NCBI RefSeq assembly: GCF_037042905.1 | Contig: NC_087251.1 | Span: forward strand, 35,774,001 to 35,838,000 | From: Lytechinus pictus | Lineage: Eukaryota | DNA length: 64,000 nucleotides | Direction of reading: 5' to 3' | Shown: positions 48,542 to 61,700 of the stretch, in pieces | Position numbering within the stretch: position 1 is the first letter of the stretch | Layout of the letters: the number at the start of each line of letters is the position of its first letter | The notes under the pieces: model-generated | The model's input: only the letters and a program-made list of their open reading frames with translations | The model's database searches: none | What the model was told of the DNA's origin: nothing | Translations under genes and position numbers: made by a program

Positions 48542-49092
48542 AGGGATGATCCGGGCTGAAAGTATTTATAGCTTAATAAATAGAGTAGAATTCACTAAGC
48601 TAAATGCCGAAAATTTCATCGAAATCGGATAACAAATAACAAAGTTATTGAATTTTAAAGTTTAGTAATATTTTGTGAAAACAGTCGTCATGAATATTCA
48701 TGAGGTGGGCTGATGATGTCACATCCCCACTTGTTCTTTTGTATTTTGTTATATGAATTTAATTAGGTTTATTCAAATTTTTTCCTCCAAGAACTAGAAA
48801 AATTGTATTGGCAACTGATTTAGTGCATTAGATATTTATTGCTGCATCTTATTTCATTATAAGGGAGACATATTTTTATGTAATAACATAATAAGAAAAC
48901 GGAAAGTGGGGATGTGACATCATCAGCCCACCTAATGAATATTCATGACGACTGTTTTCACAATATTGCTAAACTTTAAACTTCAATAACTTTATTATTT
49001 GTTATCCTATTTTGATGAAATTTTCGGCATTTTGCTCGGTGAATTCTACTCTATGTATTAAGATATAAATATTTTCAGCCCATTCCATTCCT
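48542..49092. mobile_element. Kolobok-like MITE (TTAA TSD)
   Basis: TTAA|AGGGATGATCCGGGCTGAA ... TTCAGCCCATTCCATTCCT|TTAA, long imperfect inverted arms; same family as 9979-10583. Confidence 0.75.
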
Positions 49093-49774
49093 TTAAGGAC
49101 TGATTTTAGAAATTCATGAAGAGCAGGCATCACACCAATCCACTAATTCAATTCAAGAGTTCTTTATTCGCTTTAAAAAGCACATATAAAAAAAAAAAAA
49201 AAAAAAATGTATATATATATATATATATATATATACAATATATTCTACAAATAGGCACATTCACAATATATGTAAAGACAAAAAAAAAAAAAAAAAAAAA
49301 CATCAACAACAAAATACATGTATAACAGGGTAAGATCAGAGTGTGCATAAATACGAGATAATTTCCTCGCACTCCTCTCGGGTTCTACCCCCATTCCACT
49401 GACCATCGGAACCTGATCTGACGCCAATCTGATCCCAATTTTGCAAAAATGTCAGCGCTCCGATGAGTTCCGATGAAAATTCACCCGACATCCACTTTTT
49501 TTGGTCCCTGTTTTCCGTAAAATCCTATAAAGATCCAACATTGATCGGGGTAATCGGATAAAGGACTGGTAGCGGCCCGATGTCTGTCCGCCATTTTCAT
49601 CGGCAGCGTCCGATTGATTCGAATGTGGTCGGATTGTAATTCGAGGGTGGCCTGACACTAATCTGACACTTCCAACACTCTCCCGACATCAACCCGACAT
49701 ATCGGTTGCTGTTCGGAGGGTAATCGGACACTGACCCAATACTGGTCGGATTTTCGCCAAAATCGGCAGTCGAG

Positions 49775-49781
49775 TATAAAA
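49775..49781 (+). promoter_or_regulatory. Candidate TATA box of the Harbinger transposase
   Basis: TATAAAA starting 36 nt upstream of the ATG at 49811. Confidence 0.4.
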
Positions 49782-49810
49782 GCAGGCTGCACCTCCTGAC
49801 AATACTAGAC

Positions 49811-51109
49811 ATGGATCAACTTCTTCGCAACACTGCAGCCCTGGGCTGTGTTTTTATGCTCCAGCAACAAACTATGCAACAAGACGCAATAGTCCTTCAG
49901 GTCCTGAGAAAGAGGCTGAGAAAAAGGCGAAGAAGACCACGTAGTTATTGGGTTCGACCATGGCTGCAAGCTGAGAGAAGGCTGTTATATGGGCACTACA
50001 CCAGACTCTTGAATGAACTAAGAATGGAGGATACAACGGCATTTTTCAATTTCTTGAGAGTTACGCCAGAATTTTTTGATGAACTACTCCAGAGACTCGC
50101 ACCAAGACTCACGAAGGACGATACCAATGCCAGGAGAGCCCTTGAACCTGGTCTCAAGTTAGCCTGTACCATAAGGCACCTTGCAGCTGGCGATCGGTAT
50201 CCGTCACTGTCATACAGTTTCAGGGTTGCTCGAGAAACCATTTGCAAGTTTATCCCCGAAGTCTGTCAAGCCATAGTGGATGAGTATGCTAATGAAGTGA
50301 TCCAGTGTCCCACCACCGAACAAGAATGGCGTGCAATTGCTGAAGAATACGAGAGGCGTTGGAACGTTCCACATGTAATGGGGGCACTTGATGGCAAGCA
50401 CGTGGCACTCAGGAAACCAGAGAACTCCGGCAGTCTCTACCATAATTATAAACATTTCTTCTCATAGTCCTCATGGCACTTGTTGATGCTAACTACCGGT
50501 TCTTGTGGATAGACACCGGTGCTCAAGGACACATGTCTGACGCGCAGATATACAATGCATCTGAGCTCAAAGAGACAGTGGAGAGTGGTCAAATAGGATT
50601 CCCCCACCTGAGCCAATGACCAATGACAACCAGAACATGCCATATTTCATGATCGGGGATGACGCCTTTGCTTTGCGAACCCACATGATGAAGCCCTACT
50701 CGAGAAAGAACCTGAATCGTACAGAGCGGTGTACAACTATCGCATAAGTAGAGCCCGAAGAGTCGTGGAAAATGCCTTCGGAATACTAGCAGCCAGATTC
50801 CAGTGTCTTCTAGGAACACTACAGCAACAACCTGATGTTGTGCGTAACATCATAGAAACATGTGTCTGTCTCCACAACCTGATTGGAATACGGCACCCAG
50901 CCATGCACCATGGTCAGCTGGATACAGAGGATACCGACCAAAACATCATACCAGGAGAATGGAGGAACATGGCTCCCATGCATGAAGTACCAACTCCAAG
51001 AGGACCCTTCCGCGACACAGCAGAGGCCAAAGCACAGCGTGAAACCCTAAGACTGTACTTCAACAATCCTCTTGGAGGAGCAGTTCCTTGGCAGGAGAGG
51101 ATGATTTGA
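49811..51109 (+). pseudogene. Harbinger (HARBI1-like, DDE_Tnp_4) transposase with three -1 frameshifts (near 50464, 50603, 50729)
   Basis: WVRPW; FFNFLRVTPEFFDELL; LAAGD.Y.SL...FRV; GALDGKH, then after shifts SIVLMALVDANYRF, PYFMIGDDAF, KPYS and YNYRISRARRVVENAFGILAARF. The D-D-E triad is present. Confidence 0.9.
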
Positions 51110-52108
51110 GATAACGGAGTATAAACTTTTGTTACCTGAAGTGGACATAGATAAAGATGACAATTACTATGATTAACTATTTTGTTGCCAGCATTTGTTA
51201 GAATACTGCAATGGATGTTGAGCCTTGAAATTACTAATTGTCATAATTATTAAGCAATGTTCATGATTTGTCGTCTGAACGGCGACTAACAATTTTTTTT
51301 TTTATAAAAAAAAAATTCAATCAAAATGCCGTGAGGTTGCATTTGCAAAAAACCTTATTGATTTTAAAAAATCAATCAATAAAAAAACAAAACACATCAG
51401 TTAATGAAAGTGATGTGTTTCTGAGTAACTGAGTTGCCAAAATATTTTGTACTACATTAGAGTTGCATCAAGTATTATTATCAGTTATTGTACTTGGATA
51501 TGATGTGTTTTTGAATTGCCAAAGAAGCTTGTAGCCAAGGCAATGTATCTAAAAAGGGAGTTGCATAGTGTTCAATAAAGTGAACAATGTAAATTTTCTG
51601 AATTGTTATTTCTTGATTCATTCTACGTTCCAAATCTTCAAATTTGAATTTATTAATGGAGTCGAATACAAGTATTCATTTCTTAACCAAAGCATTAAGA
51701 GAGAGAGAGAGAGAGAGATTGATGGGAAATAATGATTTGTTTCACTCAAGAATGACAAATCATACGCAAGATAATTCTAAACATTAATATGCAACCTGTG
51801 CGTACTTTATTCAACAAAAACAATCTTTACAAACATAGCAAAACACAAGTCAATGATAAAAAACTTATAAATGATAAAGGGTCTAACTCCTAAAAACTAA
51901 ATCAATGAAAACAAAGACCGATTTATGTTCGTTTCCTTCTCAGTATTGTTCTCATGTTTAATCCAAAAAAAAATCTACATCGTCTTCCTGGCTCATTCCT
52001 CATTAATGACAAGTCTGATAAACAAAAAAGTCCAAAGCCGGAAAACAAAAACACAATTGCTTTTATTCTTTTCATTTTTTTGCCATCCTTGCTCTGCATT
52101 TGGTGACC

Positions 52109-54072
52109 CTAATCTTCCTGTGAACATTGCTGGGTCTGCTGCTGCTGGGGCGTCTGAGATGAATCATTCAGGCTTGCCAAGAAGCTTGTCATACTAAAGT
52201 CACTTGACTCCCTAGAACTTCTGCCTGCTGAGAGAGAAGGGGCGCTGGCGGAGCGTGGCTGCATGGTGGTGTAGGAGGGCGTTGAATGGTCGTTCATCCC
52301 AGGTATCACGTTCGCCATGTAGGACTGCTTCATGGAGTGCCAAACGCTGGTGGAAACTGGGTTGGTAGGCCAAAGGTGTGGTGGGGGCTGCCATCCATCT
52401 CCGCAGGGGGGTTGACTGACCCCTGAACTTGTACCAGGTCTTGCTATTGGAGGATCCGAGGGAGGTTGCAGTGATGTGTGTCGATGCTGCATGAACAGAG
52501 AGTCTTGGCGTCTGGTGCTGGCTTCATCTTGTATGTCAAGGAGCAAGTTGCTCAGCAGTCTGTTTGCCTTCCTATACAAGTCATCAGGGAGTTGCTGCAG
52601 CACCGAACCGACGTAGTTAGTGAACTGCTCACGGTCTGGATGCTGTGACTGGGGCCTGTCAAGTGTACGCAACACCTGGGCAGAAAGGGCCATCAGCTGC
52701 TCGCTGTTTTGCTGGTTCTTGATAAGATGATCCAGAACATCCGTCTCCTGCTGTCTCGGGGACTTTTGTGGTGCCTTACCCTTGTTGTACCTGCTGCCCC
52801 TGGGGAATGGAGTGCTTTCCTTGCTGGCTCCATCTAAAGACTGCTGATTAGTGGTAGCTTCCTCCTGGTTTTCTGGCTGGGCTGGCTCTACCTGTCTTTC
52901 CACCCCTCGCTCCTGGTCCTCTTCTTCTTCCTCTTCCTCCCGAGGTGCTGGTCCTCTGGCCTCAATACGTTCCTGTAGCTGAAAAGATACAAAGCAAAGA
53001 ATGTTTTGAGATGAGGAAATGTTAAGATATAAATCAAAGTTAATGTAAAATAATTCAAAATAATTTTTAGTTAAATTTTATTCCATTTTTCGTGATATGA
53101 TGTATTTCACATTTTTTGGGGGGTTTTTTGTTGTTGTTAAGTATACTTACACTAACTATGTTCCTCCTTTGCACAACGTACATGTGAGGGGTGAGGAAGT
53201 CAAAAAGCTGCAGCAGGCGCTTGTTGGCATCAGTAAGGACCTCAGCTCCAGATCCACTCTTTTGTGCTTTCTTCTTTAGCCGTCCAAGCTTTGTCCTCAG
53301 ACTCTCGTACCACTGTTGCAGCTCCAACCCCGTCTTGTCCATGGCCTGTCCTTGCTGATCCCACAGACGTGCTCTGGCCTGGGTGTCCCTCCAGAGGTCT
53401 CTTGATTTGTTATACAGGCTATCGTTCTCCTTGAGGAATTCAGCTACCTCCACCATTTCTTCTTCGGAAAGGACGACAGGAGGCCTCGGGGCCTTACGCC
53501 TTCTCTTTGCAGGGGGCTGGGCATTTTCTCCATCAGTGTCCCTGCCTTTTTCTGTCTCATCTTCATCGTCATCTTCATCTGCAGTAGCAGGAGTAGCAGC
53601 TGTGGAGGCAGTGGATGTGGAACCTGCAGTAAAGTTTGTGGCGGTGATGACGGTGGTGATGCTGGTGGTAGCAGCAGTGCTGCCTGGCCTCACGGTGCCT
53701 CATGATTTATAATGGAAAAAACAGCTTTACATGACTTAGGCCTACATAAAACTCCATTCCATCTCAAAAATTCTTCAAATATTTAGATAAGAATTGATTA
53801 CAAATATTTCAAAATTACAATTCAATTCATTATAAAAACATATTGACTTGCTTTCTCACTTTGATATTCCTAACTCAGCTGTACTTACCAATAACACAAG
53901 GAGAGTCGTGTGGCTGAGCAGTGATTGGGGCCTGAATAGGCCTATCCTCCGTCTCTGCATCCTCAGGAGAAGGCACAGAGGATTCTTCTGCCACTTGAGA
54001 TTGTTGTGGAGTGTCGGGAGGTCTCTTCTTAGCCTTCTGTCCTCGAACATTTCTGTTTTTTCTTGGAGCCAT
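52109..54072 (-). CDS. Harbinger accessory Myb/SANT (MADF) DNA-binding protein with BESS-like C-terminal motif; exons 54072-53889, 53698-53151, 52978-52109 (533 aa)
   Basis: GT-AG introns (phase 1, phase 0) join an intact frame. MADF-like FLKENDSLYNKSRDLWRD...RLWDQ...LQQWYESLRTKLGR...SGSG; BESS-like EQFTNYVGSVLQQLPDDLYRKANRLLSNLL. Confidence 0.85.
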
Positions 54073-55984
54073 ATTTAAGATCTTGGTGCTGTGTAGTGTC
54101 CGAGAAAATATGTGAAGTCAGCGTCGGCTGGCCCTCCTTTCATAGTCCGTTGGCCTTCAGATGTCGCCGCTTGCTATGCGATATGTGTCGGATGGCAGTT
54201 TGGTTAATGAGCGATTACCCTCCGATGTCACAACGGATAGCAATCGGACGGTACTAATTATCACGTTAACCGCCGATGAGAATCGAATTGGTGATGGGCG
54301 GCTATCAGGCGCGTCGGGCAGACCGCCGATTGCAATCAGATGAGCGTCAGATGACAGTAAATCATCGGACACTCATCAGATTGCCGTCGGACGTCGGCTA
54401 GACAGGTCCGATAGTTGCACAACACGATTCTGACACACATCGGACTGACTCGACATTCATCCGACGCTGACTCGATTTGCGACCGGAAATGGCGTCCGAT
54501 GGCGAACTAAGCTCTGAGCTTAGTTCCTTCATCGTCCGATTTCGCCTCATCGGATTACGCCCGACACGTCGGACACTGACCTGATAGTCGACAAAATCAA
54601 ATCGGATTCATCGGAGTGTGATACGATACTCTTCGGTGGGTTACCGGAAGAAAAAAACTTTGCTTCCGATGAGTGACCGATGAGCCCAATTCTCTGTGGA
54701 ATGGGGGTATAATCATCCCTCGAGTTGATCAATTCCTTTACTTGTTCAACTATGCGTATTGTCTCATCATTCACTTGGCATTGCACAGCCCACTGCTTTT
54801 GAATTTCATTGTTATCCATGAAGTACTTATCATTCAAGAATCTTATGTTACCTCCCAACACAGAATGAGCTCCATACCTGGCCATTCCTGCTATATGTGC
54901 CACTGTATAATTTTTTGGAATTCATAGCTTTCACAACAAACGTAACGTAAGCACGGACAAGAAATATTTTATATTAAGACCTTAAAATGGGGCAATCACT
55001 TTAAGTAGTTATGAAAAAGAAGCATTATGTCACTACATAAAACAATAATAACTCTAAGTGCGAGGAAATATATTTGGTGTATATTGACTTGAAAACGGGA
55101 GGTTTTACAGCAGGATTATATATCTCGTTAAACAGACGATGCGACCACCAGGAACAATGAAGACATAGCTAGGCCTTGAGCAAATTATGTTTCATAAAGT
55201 TATGAAAAATGTTTTTTATGAAATATAACATAATTATTATTATAATTATAATGAACAATAATTTCTTCTTTCCCGCTATGTTTCTCTAGTTCTCCCTCTT
55301 TTTTTTTTTTTTTTTGGGGGGGGGGGTCAGCCGATTGGGGGGGGACACGTGCCCCCCCCCCCCCCGTAGTTACGCCACTGTGCGTGAAAATAAGACCCGT
55401 CTTAGGAGGGCTTAGGATACGCCAGTGATTTAATGTATGTGTTAATTGCTCATCCATTGGCTAAAAATATTTGACGGGCCTACTTTTTCTCAGTGCTCAG
55501 GCAATCCCAATATGGAGAGGATGAACACGAAAAAGACAAGCGATCGAGAAACTGAAACGTTTCTAAGAACAAGAGATCAGTATTGTTGAACAAGAGATTA
55601 GTATTGGTCAAATCATGATGGCAATATCAAGAAGACTACCCCCCCCCCCCCCCCCCCGTACCACCGACACCCTCCACAAATTTCTTCGAGATTACCAGTA
55701 ACGTTGCTTACCCACTATTTTCCATAGTTTGCAAAGTCCACATGCAAATTCATAGCCTTTTCAAATGCATAAGTAATTACTGGGAGTATTTTAAAGACAC
55801 CTGAATTTTTAAAACAGGGGTAATATCAAAGATTTTACTCAAATATGTTTAATAAATTCATAATAATAATCAATGGTAATAATGATTATGGATAAAATGC
55901 AATTTATTGGGACTTTAATTGTCTTAATTTTAATTTTTTTTAAGACAGTCCTTAACTAAAGAATAGTCGGATCGTACGATATTT

Positions 55985-56046
55985 GTTATGCGTCTGCTAC
56001 TGCTGGTCGCTGTGACCGAAAAGTCTAACAAAGTTACAGAGCAGAG
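55985..56046 (+). other. Probable non-coding first exon of GNPAT (5' boundary approximate)
   Basis: Donor GAG|gtgaga at 56047 with a GC-rich segment further into the intron; tandem acceptor gatag/tag at 58718-58723 just before the GNPAT ATG. Confidence 0.4.
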
Positions 56047-57247
56047 GTGAGATATTCGACTTTTGTGGGGTTTTTTTCATGTAAAAAATGGAATAAGATA
56101 CAAGTTATGGCCCAAGTTATCAGTTCGCAATCCAATATACATTATTATCCAAGTGATATTATTAATATTCAACAACATTGTGTATACCGGTGGCGGTACC
56201 ATACGTACCGGTATTCGTGCAGCGCAGCTGTAGCTGCAGTGCTTTTGCTGCGGACTGGTTCGGAGCCGCTAGCTGGCCTTGGCCTGGGCCCTGTATCGGC
56301 CGGGCTTGGAGTTGGAGTTGGGCGCGGCCGCTGCAACCCTCTGGCTCTTTATAGGCCTAGTGTAAATCATAATTCATGATTTAATGCAGGTCGCAAGGTA
56401 GTTGGTTTCAAAAGAGGTGGTTGTATGGCAGTGTATCCTATTGCCGGACACCTTTATTTCAGTGCTTTAAAAATGACAACTAGAGCCTTTTTAGACTAGG
56501 TCCCTAGAGGAAATACAATCAAGAAAAATTTGCACTTGCTATTAAAAATATTATGAAAATTATGAATATGGTAAAATTAATTTATATTTACCAACCATTT
56601 TCTTTGCATCGCACTTGCCGCATACCCCTCCACGAAAAACAGTTATTTTCGTGCGTGACAAATTACATCATGATTCTGGACGCGCGCCGGACGGGTAAAG
56701 ATATTCTTGATTATAATGATGTAAGAACAAATTTGTGTGATTTTTTCTTCTTGTATCATATCATGAGTAAATTCTAAGTTTTTATTTGCTGTTTTTATAT
56801 CGATTCTGAGCAGATGTTGGTAATAAATTCGGGTTTGATAAATTATTTTATTTTTTCTTGTTAGCTGCATGTTTCATGGAACTTTCCAATATTATGCTCG
56901 TTCGTATCGTGACGCTCATCAAGTTCTATCGATGCGCTGCTGATCGTTGACGGCTCTATACTCACGTGACTTTACAACTATGTCTGGACTGAAGTAACAC
57001 TAACTCGGTAGATCTATCGTGGAGTGTGCTGAATATAAGATTGGCAGGAGGCACCCAAGGGTTCATTACATGCCGCAGCGCACAGAAAAATCAAGCCATT
57101 GAAGTCATGTGTTGTGGACACCAGAAGTGGGATCCGCAGCACGCGCGATCCACTAGTTAGAAATCCACTGCCAAACGCGATTCATGGTGCGAGGTTAGTA
57201 TACTAATACTATAGTATACTAACCTCGCAATATGTGTGAGTGGGCAG

Positions 57248-57816
57248 GAGGAGGCTCCTCAGTACAACAGTACAAGAGAGTAACTAAAAATCATTTACTA
57301 ACGTATGCTTACTCTCAACGGAGCCAGGGATTCCATCCCATTCATCTGCGTGTACCGCCAAAAAACCTGAAACTTTCGCCCCCGAGATTTCTACTTTCCT
57401 TCTAAAAGATCTAAAAATAGCCCTAAATCATGTAAATGGGATACAACTTCATTTCTATGCTATCATTTTATCAATTTTATTTTTTGATGCGTCCGTAACG
57501 TTGGCGAAGAACAATGAGAAACAAGATGGTGGCGTAAACATCGGGCAAGTCTCCCCTGTTTTTTCATAATATTTTTCTCATTTTTTTAATGAATTCTTAT
57601 TTTAAAATGACATCGATGGCATAGAAATGTCGGAAATTAAGTTGTATTCCATTTACATGATTTAGGGCTAGATCTTTTAAAAGGAAAGTGGAAATCTCGG
57701 GGGCGAAAGTTGCAGGTTTTTTGGCGGTACACGCAGATAAACGGGATGGAATCCCTGGCTCCGTTGAGAGTAAGCATTCATTAGTAAATGATTTTTACTC
57801 TCTTGGAGCCTCCTGG
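57248..57816. mobile_element. Palindromic MITE-like element in the putative GNPAT intron 1
   Basis: Inverted arms of about 200 bp (AAAAATCATTTACTAA..CTTACTCTCAACGGAGCCAGGGATTCCATCCC..) around a short centre. Confidence 0.75.
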
Positions 57817-58743
57817 CTAGTTGGCAATGCCACTGACACTGTTTAGCTAGGTGATCTAGCCAGAATCTAACGTTAGTCTAGACTACTAAGATTAGATTGA
57901 TAAATCCGCTGTTTTAGAGTAGGCCTGGTTAAACATTTTCATATTTTTTTCAGTCCTCCTTCACAGACGGAAGACTCTCATAGGACTCGTAATGATGGTA
58001 GTTCGCTTGACACTTAACTAGATCTACACTCTTCAGCGTCTATGCTGTTGAAAATGGTGTGCTACCTCACCCTCTTCGGTTTCTCTTTAAATCTCACTTT
58101 CGATGGGAGAAATTAAGCACGAGAATAAAAATTGACATTTTAAGAATACAAAATATGACAAAATGCCTATCAAATCAGTGAAAAAGGAAAATGGGGCGAT
58201 CACCATGCCAGTTGTTGTTGTCCAGCCTGCCAGGCAATTAACTAAAACAATTTTGTGTTTCAAATGGCCGAATAACATGAAAATGGGCCACTGCTTTCCA
58301 TGTCTAAAGCTTAGATTTAGCACAATTTTTTTGTGGTTCAAATTAAAACTTTTTTTTGGTCTGCAAAGAAAAATAAGAATTTGATTATCATTTTGTTAAA
58401 AAGTGTGAAATTATTATAACCATAATTCTATAATCTGGCGGGCAATGGTTTTCAAGACCTTGTTTACATTACTCGACCTAGACTAGAGTCTAGTTAATTT
58501 TTTTTTTTTTTGACATGTGATTGATTCAATTAAAAGCCAGGCATTGAGGATAGTACGTGAATGATTTTTTACTCTCCAAATCCTCCCTGGCTGCCTACCC
58601 ACCCCCCCCCCCCCAACATCCATTGAATTTTGTATCTTAAAAGGCAGGAAGACATTTCCTATCTTTATATCATTCTGTTTGGATTTATTTTATTCCATAC
58701 AATTCCTTTCTTGTTGATAGTAGGAAAAAACTTGAACAAAATA

Positions 58744-61700
58744 ATGGCAGGGATACGAGACAAATATGAGGACATTCTGGACCCCCGACGGAAAGGATCA
58801 TCCATCCGGTTCGCATTGCAGACATTGCAAAATCTACCAGAATACAAGCATATGCGCCGACAGACCCCCAAAGAAGTAAAAGAAGAGGTCCTAAAGTCTC
58901 AGAGATTAAGGCATGTTATTGAACAGGTTAGTAGAAAATAAAAAGAATAAACATACAGTTGTGCTCAAAAGTTAGTGAACTCTACCACAAAATGCACTCC
59001 TTCATGCTGAGTGTTGAATGTAGACAGCAACATTGTTCGGCGAGCCCAGAGAAACACACCTTATGAAATGTAATGTTTTTATCACCTGACTTCACAATTG
59101 AGTATCTAAAACATGGCAGAACTAGGACACTTAAGATTTGTTCACATTCTGGTGGGATTCACTAGCTTTTGAGCACCACTGTATACTGGGGTAAAAAGAA
59201 TATATCAGAGAAGCAGAACAAAGGATATTTTTCTTTTGTGAGGGCCTATTACAATATAAAGTTAAGTGTGGATTTAAGATATTAAGTAGACCTCCTTAAG
59301 TCAAATAAACCTTTTTCACTTTTTAGACCAGATTGTGGAGACTGAAGAACATGTATTAATGTTCACATTTAGGTATTTATGGTACCAATAAATTCCCCAT
59401 ATATCTTGATATCACCCCCTTGGAGAAAATTACCGACAAAAACTTTTCATGAAATGCTCCCCAGTGACATTTAGTTTCCCCATTTTATTTCTTTTAATTC
59501 TATTGATTTTCATTCATCTCAGCTTGTATCAGAGAAAGGATTAGAGGAAGAACATATGAGTGTCTTGAGCACCTCACAAGGTGGATATGTGCGCAATATG
59601 AATACCCCATGTTATAATTATAATAGTCATCATAGGTTTATTCTATTCTGTCTACTCTCATTTAATTTAATTCAATTCATTTATTTTCCACAATTCAATT
59701 CAATAAAAGAATGCATAAAAATTGCACAAAATCAATAAAAACATTGCAGGAAACATTAAATGGGCATACATTATACAGTGCGTCCCACAAAAAAAAACAC
59801 CAAGATTTACATGAAGTGATGGCTTCATTCACTCATGCGTGAATGACAAATCTTCTATGTTGTACAAGATGAAAGAAGAGATCCTAAGATTTACAGCGAT
59901 AGGTCGTGTGTCTAATATTTTGTGAGTAAGTTGTGATAAATCATCGGTAAATCTTGGTTTCGTTTTTTGGTGGGACGCACTGTATGTACAATATGGATTG
60001 TAGGAGGACCATAGGAGTGCCTTGATCACCTAACAACGTGGAAATGTGCCCGATATGAATGTCCTTTATAACTTTATTATCGTAGTGTACTTCTTCTTCT
60101 CTTGACTCTCATCTCAGCTTGTATCAGAGAAAGGTTTAGAGGAGGATGTAATCTACAAGGAAGCAGATGCCATCCTAGAGGAGATGGGTCACAACCTCAA
60201 CATGACAACGCTGCGTTCCTTAGCAACCATTTTTGCCAAAATCTTTTGTAAACTCTTCAGGCACGTTTACGTCAACCAAAGTGGAATTCAAAAGGTAAGT
60301 TGAATAACTCTACAGAATACTCTTCAGGGCCCGTCTTACAAAGAGTTGAGATTGATCCGATTAACTACAAATATAGATGGCCAGCAACGTCAGCTTCTAA
60401 AATGCAAATTTTTTCAAAATATTTTCTCTTGAAGATTCAGTGTCATTCTCTTTGTTTTCTAAGGAGATTGTTCAAATTTACTGCAGATAAAATTATGGTG
60501 TGGATGGATTTCTATACAGTTGAGATTGATTGGGTCAATCGTAACTCTTTGTAAAACGGACCCAGTTGTAACAGTAGAGCATGTAAATTGCACTTGGTCT
60601 AATCCACTTTGTCTTTTTTCCATTTTGTCTCGTTCCACGTCTAATCCTATTCCGTCCACAACCAATTCATCTTATAGCCATTCGGTCTAATAGCCATTCC
60701 GTTTACTTTTTTTTCTAATTTAATTTATGCTTTACCCTTTGTATCTCTGTATCTAATATCCCTTGGGTTAACACTGCTTAGTCTGTTTGATTAGATGAAA
60801 TGTTCATGAATCAAATTTTGATTCGAAAAAAAATATGATTACAGGCGCGGATCCAGGGGGGGGGGCACGTCCCCCCCCCCCCCCCCCTTTGAGAAGCAAA
60901 ATTAAAATTTGTAATGTAAAAATGCCATTAAAACAGAGGTGTACCACCTCTTTTGAAATTTTTTCGGGTACAAAATATCTTTAATTTGTGGTTGAAAACC
61001 ACAAAAAAAATTTTTTTTTTGGCTTTTCAAATTTTTTTCGGATACGAAATATTATTAATTTGTGGTTGAAAACCTTTTTTTGGGGGGCTTGTCAAAATTT
61101 TCCTCCGAAAAATTTGCCCCCCCCCCCCCTTTTGGAAAATCATGGATCCTCCTCTGAATGATTAGTAGACAAAAGTTAGACCATCTACTGATCTAGGCAT
61201 TAGAATATAAAAAATCAGTATTTTACCAAGTGTAGACCAAATGGGTTTAGCCTATGTGGTATCTGAAAAGTAGACCAACTGCTTGTGTTCTAGAGAGCAT
61301 GGTATCTGATTTAAAACCAGAATGTATTTTACTTCATTATTTTTGCCATACATTAGTCTATTAGAAATTCATGGGGGTTTTTTCATTCGATATTTATATA
61401 ATAACCCACTTTTCAACTCATTAATATTTGTAGGTTGATAATTTTTTAATTTGATTATATGGGTTTGCTATTTATTTTGGTGAATTAAAAAGTACTATAA
61501 GACTTGTGAATCTGTCTTGATATTATCTAAAATGAATGACATTTCAGTAATCATGTTTATCATTGGTGTTGGTCGACATTTGATTTCAATGTTAGTTGAT
61601 TATCGCCAGCAAAATATTGTCAGTAACACAATATATTGTAGAGTCCAACAATTCAATATATACGTTCATTATGAGCTGCAATTCGGTGGAAGCAGGGAAG

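Larger units (their letters stand above)
49388..54707 (+). mobile_element. PIF/Harbinger-type DNA transposon, two-gene, near full length (5.3 kb)
   Basis: Perfect 12-bp TIRs CCCCCATTCCAC (49388-49399) and GTGGAATGGGGG (54696-54707), flanked by TA on both sides. Subterminal regions are rich in CCGA/TCGG motifs. Contains a DDE transposase and a convergent MADF gene. Confidence 0.9.
49151..54918 (-). mobile_element. 5'-truncated LINE 3' end, split by the Harbinger (pieces 54708-54918 and 49151-49387)
   Basis: Joining the flanks with a single TA gives an open C-terminus ...SVLGGNIRFL...RIVEQVKELINSRDDYRTREECEEIISYLCTL*, followed by a T-rich 3'UTR, AATAAA and a TTGAA tail. Possible AATTCA target duplication. 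Confidence 0.7.
42631..55380. mobile_element. hAT-type non-autonomous element expanded to 12.7 kb by nested insertions
   Basis: TIR CAGTGGCGTA (42631-42640) / TACGCCACTG (55371-55380), perfect 8-bp TSD TGCGTGAA (42623-42630 and 55381-55388). Confidence 0.85.

Noticed and set aside
55988-56046. ATG-initiated MRLLLLVAV... as a GNPAT N-terminal signal
   Set aside because: Splicing to either acceptor at 58721 or 58724 is out of frame with GNPAT; at most a uORF, and it may lie upstream of the TSS.
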